From Methanothermobacter marburgensis str. Marburg (lineage in GTDB: Archaea > Methanobacteriota > Methanobacteria > Methanobacteriales > Methanothermobacteraceae), in the NCBI RefSeq assembly GCF_000145295.1, contig NC_014408.1, positions 960,001-992,000 on the forward strand: DNA of 32,000 nucleotides. The letters run 5' to 3'. Below the pieces are notes generated by a model. That model did no database searches. It saw only the letters and a program-made list of their open reading frames with translations, and had not been told where the DNA came from. The position numbers were made by a program, and so were the translations under genes. This document shows, in pieces, positions 19,075 to 26,978 of this stretch (its first letter is position 1; each line of letters begins with the position of its first letter).

Positions 19075-19754
19075 CCGGGCCTCACCATCCCCTCATGGAG
19101 AGCCCTTCCAACAAGAACCTTCCTCACACCCATGGCCTCAAATTCAGGTATCTCGTTGGGTAGAACACCGCCACCGGGTATCACCCTCCTGATGATTGGC
19201 CTGAAGAGTTCAAGGAGGTCCCTGTTGAACCCTGAGGATGTGCCAACTGCCCCCAGGTCAAGGAGTATAACGTCAGACTCATAGCCGAGGAGGAGGTCCC
19301 TGAATTCTTCAAGTTCAAGGTCAATGTTCTCTGAGTGGAGTTTCATGTCCTTAACATCCACGCTTACAACGGTCCTCTCTGGGGGATATGTTTTAAGGAT
19401 GTATTCAAGTTCCTCTGTACTCTCAAGGGTCTCTGTTGCGGCAACAACCCGTGATGCAAACTGGAGCATGAATCTGAATGTCTCCCTGTTTTTTACCCCT
19501 GCGTCGAGGGTTACCGGCAGCACATGGTTAACCCTTCCTACGCTATCAAGATTGGATCCTGTGCCCTCGATGGCGTCAAGGTCGGCTATGTAGATTGACC
19601 GTGCCCCGGCTGCCCTGAGGGAGAGTGCTATATTCACAGGGTCGGGGGCTGACGAGAACACAGTCTCGAGGGGTCTGTAATTTTCACGTTCACCTGATTT
19701 GCCGGCTACCGCTATACCTCCCCTCAGATCAATAACAGGTATGACTTCAATCAT
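19071..19754 (-). CDS. HisA/HisF-family (beta/alpha)8-barrel protein of unknown specificity
   Basis: MIEVIPVIDLRGGIAV, IYIADLDAIEG and VIPGGGV are typical of the HisA/HisF family. The start is set at ATG 19754 (GAGGT 7 nt upstream). The track start 19859 would translate a degenerate repeat copy. Confidence 0.7.
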   Translation of the reverse strand: MIEVIPVIDLRGGIAVAGKSGERENYRPLETVFSSAPDPVNIALSLRAAGARSIYIADLDAIEGTGSNLDSVGRVNHVLPVTLDAGVKNRETFRFMLQFASRVVAATETLESTEELEYILKTYPPERTVVSVDVKDMKLHSENIDLELEEFRDLLLGYESDVILLDLGAVGTSSGFNRDLLELFRPIIRRVIPGGGVLPNEIPEFEAMGVRKVLVGRALHEGMVRPG

Positions 19755-19810
19755 ATGGATACCTCTAAGAAGAAGTGAAATATCAGAACTCATTTTGGGT
19801 TTGGGATATT

Positions 19811-19981
19811 TAAAGTTTTCAGAGAAAATGGGAATGGTAAGCCACATGAACCATATCATCTGAAGTTTTCAGAAAAACTAAAAAATGGGAACGGGTAAAC
19901 TACCCCTGAACCATTACCATCAAACTTTCCAGAAAAAAACTAAAAATTAGAATGGTAAGCTACCCCTGAACCATTATAAGC
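19811..19981. repeat. Degenerate tandem triplication (~50/61/60 bp) of the 3' end and flank of the ExbD-like gene
   Basis: Copy C (19922-19981) contains the last codons and stop of the ExbD-like CDS (ctacccctgaaccattataagc). Copy B (19861-19921) repeats ctacccctgaaccattaccatc and the flank gttttcagaaaaactaaaaaatggga. Copy A (19811-19860) is more diverged. Confidence 0.8.
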
Positions 19982-20298
19982 TTACCTGTCTTGGGGTCCC
20001 TGTAAACTGTTCCCATCTCAACGTATCCCTGACCAGACCCCGAACTGGTCTCGGGAGTGTTGTTGAGCTCCTGGCCCTTCTGAACCTCAACTGCCTTCTT
20101 CATTGCCTCCATGGTTTCCTGACGCTCCTGTGGAGTCATGTCAGCGAATACGACATTCTGCATGTTCCAGGAGAGCACCAGGAATATGAGGAAGCCCACA
20201 GACAGGACCAGCATGGCATCAACCAGGTTTGCGCTTCCGGCCATCGGGTCCTCTTCATTTTGATCCGACAGGAGCCTTCGCCGGCGTCTGAGCGGCAT
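19960..20298 (-). CDS. ExbD/TolR-like single-pass membrane protein (DUF2149-like)
   Basis: 112 aa with an Arg-rich N-terminus (PLRRRRRL). The TM segment [19 protein letters not shown] resembles the ExbD/TolR LIDVMLVLLIFF helix, and a short soluble tail follows. The start overlaps the ExbB-like gene by 44 nt; ATG 20244 is the alternative. Confidence 0.7.
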   Translation of the reverse strand: MPLRRRRRLLSDQNEEDPMAGSANLVDAMLVLSVGFLIFLVLSWNMQNVVFADMTPQERQETMEAMKKAVEVQKGQELNNTPETSSGSGQGYVEMGTVYRDPKTGKLIMVQG

Positions 20299-20935
20299 TA
20301 TCCATCACCTCCAGCACTGCCTCGGCCATGGTCTCAAGGTTTGAGAGGTACTCCTCATACCATCTGCGCCTGACCTTTGAGATTACGTAGGCTATACCCC
20401 CTGATGCCAGGCCCACGACTGTTGTGTCAAAGGCTATGATGATGGCCTGGGCCAGTGTATTTATATCCCCTGCACCGAGGGCTGCCAGGCCGGGCCCCAT
20501 GGGTATGAGTGTCCCCATAAGACCAAGGGTTGGTCCGAGCCTTGTCACGATGTCCGTCTTCTCGAGGCTCTTTGCAGCCTTGAGCTCCTCGTTCTCTATG
20601 AGTTTCCTTGCAAGGGCCTCCCTTGATTTGGGTCCCAGTTCTGAAGTCTCCGCAATATTTGTAAGGACCTCCTTCTGGCTCTGTGGTATCTCCATTGAAT
20701 TTACAACCTCAATTATCCTCTCAGGGGTTCCTGGATTGGAAATTGATTTTATAGCGGATTCCAGTTCCCTGATGTCAGTCCTTATTCTTCCAGAGTACTC
20801 TGACATTAGCCCGCCAAGAGTTATTATTGCATAGACCATGAATAACAGGAGCCCTGCTATAACAGGTATGAGGAGACTCTGGGAGACAACGTGTAGTGCG
20901 CCGCTCAGTATTTCACTGCCGGGTACTGCAACCAT
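20255..20935 (-). CDS. MotA/TolQ/ExbB-family proton-channel protein
   Basis: 226 aa with three TM segments. [20 protein letters not shown] matches the MotA/TolQ/ExbB channel signature. GGTGAT lies 5 nt upstream of the ATG. Confidence 0.85.
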   Translation of the reverse strand: MVAVPGSEILSGALHVVSQSLLIPVIAGLLLFMVYAIITLGGLMSEYSGRIRTDIRELESAIKSISNPGTPERIIEVVNSMEIPQSQKEVLTNIAETSELGPKSREALARKLIENEELKAAKSLEKTDIVTRLGPTLGLMGTLIPMGPGLAALGAGDINTLAQAIIIAFDTTVVGLASGGIAYVISKVRRRWYEEYLSNLETMAEAVLEVMDNAAQTPAKAPVGSK

Positions 20936-20951
20936 ATCCTATCACCTCTCC

Positions 20952-21662
20952 TTATTCTATGAAAGTGCTCTTTCTCTTGTTAAGGTAAATTCCAAGTCCC
21001 ATGAGCGCCAGTGTCCCCAGCACAACATATATTATGGTGTTTATGCCTGGAACCGTCAGTGGCGTCATTTTCATGCTCATGGCGCTGTTCACATTTGGAA
21101 GCACAATGGCAGCTGTCAGGAAGTAGAGACCGGCAAAAAGCATGAAGTTGCCCAGCAGAACAGGGTAGGGTTTATTGATTGCTGATGCGACTCCATTGGC
21201 AAATAAATAGAAGAACGCTATGAAGGCTGCCAGAATTATTCCGGAATATTTGCCGAGTGTGATTGCTGATACACCGAGTATGGGTGATACAAGTATTATG
21301 CTGACGATCACCGCCCCGAAACAGCAGGGGCAGGGCGCCACCATTGCAACGCACGCAGTCTTTGCTGTGTCCCTCCTGTGTTCCTTCCACTCACGGAGGG
21401 TGTGCACACCGGCAAATATCAGAATGGATGCCATTATGATTGTTATCAGTGAACTGTAGGTGTTGAAGAAGCCCTGAATCGAGTTCATGTAGGCATTTGC
21501 AAGGGCTGCAAGACCATATATGCCAAGACCGTAACCCGCCGTTATTAGGGCGGCCATCTTCCTTGATAGCCCCGCGAAACCCATTGCCAGTCCAATCTTC
21601 ACGCCGAATATCAGTAAAACCGATAGGATTCCCGCCTGCCAAAGTAGGTTTGCCATGTCCAT
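20952..21662 (-). CDS. Polytopic membrane protein with intramembrane CPCC motif (DUF2162-like predicted transporter)
   Basis: Hydrophobic throughout, with ACVAMVAPCPCCFGAV in a TM helix (Cys codons at 21321-21332). I prefer ATG 21662 (AGGTG 6 nt upstream) to the track GTG 21671. The gene ends 16 nt before the ExbB-like start. Confidence 0.75.
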   Translation of the reverse strand: MDMANLLWQAGILSVLLIFGVKIGLAMGFAGLSRKMAALITAGYGLGIYGLAALANAYMNSIQGFFNTYSSLITIIMASILIFAGVHTLREWKEHRRDTAKTACVAMVAPCPCCFGAVIVSIILVSPILGVSAITLGKYSGIILAAFIAFFYLFANGVASAINKPYPVLLGNFMLFAGLYFLTAAIVLPNVNSAMSMKMTPLTVPGINTIIYVVLGTLALMGLGIYLNKRKSTFIE

Positions 21663-21692
21663 GTTCCACACCTTCTCTTTTCAACTTTATAA

Positions 21693-21722
21693 TAATTACT
21701 ATATAAATTAAATTATTACTAT
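21693..21722 (-). promoter_or_regulatory. Putative promoter of the permease/ExbB/ExbD operon: TATA box bracketed by two motif copies
   Basis: The minus strand reads ATAGTAATAA-tttaa-TTTATATA-GTAATTA. The TATA box is at 21700-21707, and the motif copies are at 21713-21722 and 21693-21700, whose motif cores start 20 bp apart. Confidence 0.4.
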
Positions 21723-21865
21723 TTCGCAGGATTAAAGCAGTATTTTAATACCATATTTCTTATTACTATTAGGCCCTAATGAGTAATAACTCATTCAAAC
21801 AATTTTTATTAGAATTAAAGTAAATCTGATATTTAATGTTTTCTAAAAAATAAATTATGGTGGGC

Positions 21866-23680
21866 CTACCTCCTTCCAGGTCCAAGGAAGTATCCCACAC
21901 CCACAAGTACCAGTATGGCTGCTATACCTGCCACTCCATATAACGGGAACTCTGTTCTCTGATTGACCGCTGAATGAGTTTCTTTCACCTCATAGGATTT
22001 CTGCTGACCTGCCTCTTCACCGGCTGAATCCTGTGAAGAATCTGAAACAACTGCCTGTGAAGCCGCGGAGGTTCTTCCAGCAGAACCATCAGCGGAAGTT
22101 CTTCCAGAGGATCCGCCACCTGTGGCTGAAGGGCCTGTTGTGGGTCCTGTGGATGGATTCTCACCTGGATTCACATCACCGGATGGTTCAGGTGCAAACA
22201 CCGACGCCCCTGTTGCCGCATAGAGTGCTGCAGTGAATTTCTTCCTGAGATCAGAGGACATGTACTGGCTGATCCACTTCATCAGTTCCCTGTCACCGCA
22301 GACCGATCCTGAACATGAAACACCATTCTCGGCAACGTAATTTCCAAGGCACTCTGCAATGAATGCAAGCTGCTCACTCCTGGCATTCCACTGGCCCCTG
22401 TTTGCCATCTCGGCAAAATGTGCCAGTATGTCCATTGCGGCGTAGGGGTTCTTTGAATAGGCTGTCTTCAGTCCAAGATTGTATTTATCTGCAACCACAG
22501 CGTCATAGTACTCATCCCAGAAGCCACTGTCAAGGAGTTCAGGCACCGTGTATTCCCATCCCACCAAGTGGGATGTGTACTTGGCTATGGTCCTTGGCCC
22601 CTGATACCCCTCATTAATGATTGCCTTGATCCACTCGGGATTCAGGTACCTTGTTCTGTATTCAATGGCTATAAACTGCTTCAGTGACATGACCCGGGGA
22701 TTGCCTGGGTTTGCATATCTCAGTACGTAGAGTTCCGGGGCCCTTCCATTGTTCATCATCTCGATAGCCATTGAAAGGCCGCCGAAGTAGTCGAAGTAGT
22801 CGTCGTTATCAACAACCCCATACAGGTTGGTGTTTCTGCTGTGGTATGCCGTTTGAATACCCTTGAGGAGTTCCTTGAAGGTTTCGGGCATTGAAACGCC
22901 CCAGGAACGTTCACTGTATGCATGGCTCATCCTGTTGAAGTAGATGTCTGCAAGTTCGCTTCTGTCGTTCCAGGTCCATGACACCTCTGTACCCTTACTG
23001 ACACCGGCACCGTAATCACCAACAGGCGGTGCGAAGATCCTTGTGATGGCGATTTCACCTGCATCAGTGGCGTTAAGACCCGCCTGCATGTACCTCAGGG
23101 TATCATTGATCCAGTGGAGTGCAATGTAGTTGGTGCGCAGAGGCTCGCTTCCCCTGAAGTTTGTATACTTGGCATCAACAAGTGTCTGCAGCACATGGTC
23201 AAGTGATGTTTTAAGTGACGGATAGGCCGCGACTATCTCACTGTATGAAGCGGCAAGGGCAACCCTGTATGCCCTGTCCATGTTGATGAGGAGCCTCGGG
23301 AACAGGTCCCTGAAGAGTCCGCTTGTTGTTACGATTGGATCCACCCTGGGCCTTTCTGTGAAGTTTGAAAGTCCAGATGCGGACCTTACTGAATTGATAT
23401 CTGCGAGTAGCTGTGATAGTGGTGTTGCCTTTATGTTTCCAGCCGAACCCGTTGATGACCATGTTGGCTCCACACCCATGAGTCTGAGTACGAAGGATAC
23501 CATTGTACCGTCATCACGGACAGTTTCAACACACCATACAACGGCAGCCACCTTCTCAGGTATGACATCGAACTGTACAAGTGCCATGTCAGCCAGCCTC
23601 TTACCCAGGTTCCATGCCGTCCTTGTCGGCATGAGGTTCTCTGATACCGCATAGAAGTTACTGCCTGTTGGAAGTGCCAT
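21866..23680 (-). CDS. CobN/Mg-chelatase-H family protein, C-terminal fragment with Ser/Gly/Pro linker and C-terminal TM anchor
   Basis: It starts MALPTGSNFY (canonical CobN LPTGRNFY), and YGVVDNDDYFDYFGGL is the CobN-type DDYYQYLGG motif. The C-terminus is a low-complexity linker followed by FPLYGVAGIAAILVLVGVGYFLGPGRR. It continues the 23658-26207 ORF after a 1-nt frame change at 23681-23684. Confidence 0.85.
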   Translation of the reverse strand: MALPTGSNFYAVSENLMPTRTAWNLGKRLADMALVQFDVIPEKVAAVVWCVETVRDDGTMVSFVLRLMGVEPTWSSTGSAGNIKATPLSQLLADINSVRSASGLSNFTERPRVDPIVTTSGLFRDLFPRLLINMDRAYRVALAASYSEIVAAYPSLKTSLDHVLQTLVDAKYTNFRGSEPLRTNYIALHWINDTLRYMQAGLNATDAGEIAITRIFAPPVGDYGAGVSKGTEVSWTWNDRSELADIYFNRMSHAYSERSWGVSMPETFKELLKGIQTAYHSRNTNLYGVVDNDDYFDYFGGLSMAIEMMNNGRAPELYVLRYANPGNPRVMSLKQFIAIEYRTRYLNPEWIKAIINEGYQGPRTIAKYTSHLVGWEYTVPELLDSGFWDEYYDAVVADKYNLGLKTAYSKNPYAAMDILAHFAEMANRGQWNARSEQLAFIAECLGNYVAENGVSCSGSVCGDRELMKWISQYMSSDLRKKFTAALYAATGASVFAPEPSGDVNPGENPSTGPTTGPSATGGGSSGRTSADGSAGRTSAASQAVVSDSSQDSAGEEAGQQKSYEVKETHSAVNQRTEFPLYGVAGIAAILVLVGVGYFLGPGRR

Positions 23681-26207
23681 GGGGTTTCCTGATGGGGTCG
23701 TTACCTGAACGTGGTGTTATGAACCCTCCGTTAAGGGCATCGAGAAGCGAGTTCATCTCTGAACCGAAGCTCTGATTTATAAGGTAAGCGTATCCCTTTG
23801 CCCTGTTAAGGAGTTCTATTATCTGTGCATCGTCTGTTAGGGTCTCCGGTGCTCTTCCCCTTATTATCTGGAGTATCCAGTCCACTGTCCTGTTGTTAAC
23901 CTCTTCTGCCTGGATCGCCGTGAGTTTATCGAAGTCCATGCCCATGCTGGAGGCTATAAGCCTCTGTAGCGAAGGGCTGGATGGTCCTCCGTCTGCGGAT
24001 ACTATGGCTGCTGCAAGTAGAGCCACCTCTTCATCGGTCCAGGTAAGGCCGAATGTGTGGAGCCCGACAGGCATGAGGGTCTGCTGGAGCATCACAAGGT
24101 AGTCATCAACCTTTTCAACGTCGTCCTCTGTGAAGTTTTCAGGGTTTATGTTGATCTCCGGGGCGATGTTTAGCTTTATAACCATGTTCCTTATGGACTC
24201 AAGGTACTCAGCCTTAAGGGGGCTTGCATCCGGTGTTCTTGAGTAGGTGTCTATAAGTGCCCTGAGTTCGAGGAGGTCACCGTAGAGCTGGGTTGTCTTA
24301 AGTGGTGGTGTTAGATGGTCAACTATAACGGCGTATCCCCTTCTCTTGGACTGTATGCCCTCACCCACACCGTCCACGATGTATATGTATACTGAGGGCT
24401 TTGTACCGGCACATATCTGTGAGAAGTCAAAGTTGCTGAGTGCGACCTGCTTTCTTGGGAGCCACTCGTATGTTGCATGTCTGCCTATGTGGACCTGGGC
24501 ATCCGCATTGAACACCGTGTTAACCCATGCATACCATGCAAGGTACTGGTGTGGTGGTGCCACGACCGTGCTGTGGTAGAGTTTATCAACGTCTGCCTCC
24601 CATCCCCTCTGGGGTTCAGGGCCAATGAATACGTTGCCAAACATTATACCTGGTATGACGATGTACTTTCTGCCTTTTCTCTCCACTGTCATGACATTAC
24701 CTGGTGGGGCGCCCCATCCATTGAATCCAGGAACTGCAAGGGACTGGAATTCATTTTTGAAGTTATAGAACATGCTCCACGGTGCATCTGTGCTCTGACC
24801 TGTCCTTGCATTGTTGAGAACTGCTTTCAGTGCTTCTGTCATGTTTCTTATGAGAACTGATGCCTGCTGTGCCCTCTCAGGGTAGGTGTTTGCAAGTGAT
24901 ATCATCTCAGAGGACCACTTATCAAGGGTATTCAGGGCTGCGGTGTATGCAGTGTCACTGGAGACGTAGCTGAGCGCGAGCTTAACCATCTCCTCAATGT
25001 AACCCACAGGACCCTCCACGACCTGTTTTCTCGCAATCGGGTTCATGGTCTGGAACCATGCATAGTATTCCTCCGCATCCCAGAGGATGATGGAGGTTTT
25101 ATTTGCAAGTTTCTCGAGTTCCCCCGGTGCCCATGTTGCAACGTTTATTCCCCTCTCAGTGAGGAGCTTCACAAGGTCATCAGCCGTTGAAGGGAACCCT
25201 GAAACACTGTACCCTGCACTCTGCAATGCCTTAAGAATTTCAACTATAGTCTCCGGGACGTTGAGGTAGCTTGCACCTATGTTACCCTTTCCCGGTGGAT
25301 AGTTGTAGTATATGAGTGCTATCTTCTTCTCAGGGTTGGTGAGGTACTTCAGCCTGACCCAGTTACCGATCCTGTCTGCAAGGTAATCCATCTGCTCCTC
25401 TATCGGAGTGTATGCGACGATTTCAACCCCTGTTACCGGGTCAATGCTCTTTGCGGGTGCTGCGACGAAGATGGGTTCAATGATCCCCTGTGTCTCGGGT
25501 ATCGCTATCTGGTAGTAGGTGTCGCTCCAGAGCAGCCCGTCATCCGAGAGCAGCCATTCACCCTCCTCCCTCTTGGTTGATATCATGGCCCTGAAGACAG
25601 GCACATTCATCTTCTCAAGTAGAGCAGCGGTCTGATTGACGAATCCTGAGCCAAGGGTGAATGTTGTGAAGCTTACAAGGGCATCTATCCTGTACCTGTA
25701 GTAATCACGGTTTGCCTCGTATTCTGCTGCGGTGACAACCCTTGATGGGTCTGCCGGGTCGTAGGTGAAGAACTTGACCATGGCTGAGTAGATGTTGAGT
25801 GGCTGTGTCCCGTTAACACCTGAATAGGCACCCACCACGGGTATGACATTCATTCCACGTGCAGTGAGTTTTGCTATTATGCTGTCAAAGTGGGCCATGT
25901 CCCCTGAGAGGAGTACGCTGTCAAGTCCCGCGATTCCAATGGTGGGCCTTGATGGGTTAAGGGGGTATGCTGCAAGGTACTCTGCGAGGCTGGTGAAGAC
26001 CCTGCCGTCCCTGTAGAGCATCTCTGCAGGGAGAGTTACGGGTGCTGATGGTTCCCATGCTGAGGGCCAGGTCCCTCCATTCATCACCGTGAAGTTCTTG
26101 AGAAGGAGTTTGAACTGGTTTTCATAGTTGATGGTCCCCTTCTTTGCATAGTAGAGACCGTAGGCTACCCATGGGGCAAGCTGGGGGTATGTGTTCACGT
26201 ATGCCAT
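23658..26207 (-). CDS. CobN/Mg-chelatase-H family protein, central fragment
   Basis: 849-aa ORF. VHIGRHATYEWLPRKQV matches the CobN HxGxHGxxEWLPGK motif. It ends ...SGNDPIRKPHGTSNRQ*, whereas the canonical sequence continues DPIRxPxxLPTGxN, which is found in the next frame. Confidence 0.88.
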   Translation of the reverse strand: MAYVNTYPQLAPWVAYGLYYAKKGTINYENQFKLLLKNFTVMNGGTWPSAWEPSAPVTLPAEMLYRDGRVFTSLAEYLAAYPLNPSRPTIGIAGLDSVLLSGDMAHFDSIIAKLTARGMNVIPVVGAYSGVNGTQPLNIYSAMVKFFTYDPADPSRVVTAAEYEANRDYYRYRIDALVSFTTFTLGSGFVNQTAALLEKMNVPVFRAMISTKREEGEWLLSDDGLLWSDTYYQIAIPETQGIIEPIFVAAPAKSIDPVTGVEIVAYTPIEEQMDYLADRIGNWVRLKYLTNPEKKIALIYYNYPPGKGNIGASYLNVPETIVEILKALQSAGYSVSGFPSTADDLVKLLTERGINVATWAPGELEKLANKTSIILWDAEEYYAWFQTMNPIARKQVVEGPVGYIEEMVKLALSYVSSDTAYTAALNTLDKWSSEMISLANTYPERAQQASVLIRNMTEALKAVLNNARTGQSTDAPWSMFYNFKNEFQSLAVPGFNGWGAPPGNVMTVERKGRKYIVIPGIMFGNVFIGPEPQRGWEADVDKLYHSTVVAPPHQYLAWYAWVNTVFNADAQVHIGRHATYEWLPRKQVALSNFDFSQICAGTKPSVYIYIVDGVGEGIQSKRRGYAVIVDHLTPPLKTTQLYGDLLELRALIDTYSRTPDASPLKAEYLESIRNMVIKLNIAPEININPENFTEDDVEKVDDYLVMLQQTLMPVGLHTFGLTWTDEEVALLAAAIVSADGGPSSPSLQRLIASSMGMDFDKLTAIQAEEVNNRTVDWILQIIRGRAPETLTDDAQIIELLNRAKGYAYLINQSFGSEMNSLLDALNGGFITPRSGNDPIRKPHGTSNRQ

Positions 26208-26794
26208 TAGACGGGATTCATTGGAGTTTTTAAGGTCGTACAGGATTGTGTTTTCGTGTCGGTGTTTCCTATGACTGATGATGGAATACCGTCAAATATT
26301 CTGACTCCATTTATCTGTGACATGCTGGTAAGGTCAGGGTCGCTTTCAAGGACCATGAATATCTTGTTTGACCTGTTGGATGCTATTTCAGGGTAGGCAT
26401 TCATGACGTTCCTGAAGTTTCCTGAGTCAAAGAGCCACTCTGCAATCACTATATCTGCGGATTCTATAAGCGCCCTGAGTTCCTCGGGGTTCATGCTGGC
26501 TATCTGCGCTGTGGTCCTCACCTCAAAGCGTACCGTCCATGTAGATTTATTCTCTGGATCGTAACCCGGCTGTGATGGATTTATGAGGTCCATGACCTTC
26601 TTTGCAGCGTCATTGGTCATCTTGGAACTTGTAGATGAATGTATCACAAGCACCACAGGGTCTTTAATCTGATCCGTGCCATTTACTGTCAAAGGATCTG
26701 TATCAACCTGCGTAGTGTTGTCTGCTGCTGCCACGGTCTGGCAGAGCATTGCCATGAGAAGAACTGCTGTTACTGTCATCAGATGTTTTCTCAT
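26207..26794 (-). CDS. CobN-like protein, N-terminal fragment with Sec-type signal peptide
   Basis: The N-terminus MRKHLMTVTAVLLMAMLCQTVAAA is a signal peptide. The remainder (VVLVIHSST..., ADIVIAEWLF..., KIFMVLESDPDL) resembles the first CobN domain. GGAGGTGA lies 6 nt upstream of the ATG. The stop overlaps the next ATG (TAATG), and the downstream frame is open for 27 more codons upstream. Confidence 0.75.
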   Translation of the reverse strand: MRKHLMTVTAVLLMAMLCQTVAAADNTTQVDTDPLTVNGTDQIKDPVVLVIHSSTSSKMTNDAAKKVMDLINPSQPGYDPENKSTWTVRFEVRTTAQIASMNPEELRALIESADIVIAEWLFDSGNFRNVMNAYPEIASNRSNKIFMVLESDPDLTSMSQINGVRIFDGIPSSVIGNTDTKTQSCTTLKTPMNPV

Positions 26795-26904
26795 AACTTT
26801 TCACCTCCTTTCATTTTTTTATATGGTATTATGCTGTACTCATAGAAAAACATTTATTATTACTGAATCAGGGATGTATAAAAAATTAGTATTATTAGAT
26901 CCAT

Positions 26905-26946
26905 ATTATTACTTAATTTATATAATTCCCTGAGAAAAGTAATAAT
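26905..26946 (-). promoter_or_regulatory. Putative promoter of the CobN-like gene: TATA box flanked by an inverted 9-mer pair
   Basis: ATTATTACT (26905-26913) and its exact reverse complement AGTAATAAT (26938-26946) flank TTATATAA (26918-26925). A third ATTATTACT lies at 26856-26864. Confidence 0.4.
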
Positions 26947-26978
26947 CGGACTGAAACAAAAAAAATAAAGGGGAGGTT

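Noticed and set aside
19755-19859. 35-codon N-terminal extension of the HisA/HisF-like ORF
   Set aside because: It is the translation of degenerate repeat copy A, a decayed copy of the ExbD-like 3' end. HisA/HisF-family proteins start right at the (M)I.VIP.IDL strand, and GAGGT precedes ATG 19754.
21866-21960. C-terminal anchors of the two surface proteins as PGF-CTERM/archaeosortase signals
   Set aside because: Neither tail contains the PGF tripeptide; they read FPLYG and AWYVYG. I therefore report only that the two tails resemble each other.
26905-26946. Resemblance of the ATTATTACT sites to AT-rich NikR-type operators (TATWATT-N11-AATWATA type)
   Set aside because: Only a loose AT-rich similarity is present. 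The half-site spacing here (24 nt between the 9-mers) does not fit, and I cannot identify the regulator from sequence. The motif itself is kept as a finding, without naming a factor.
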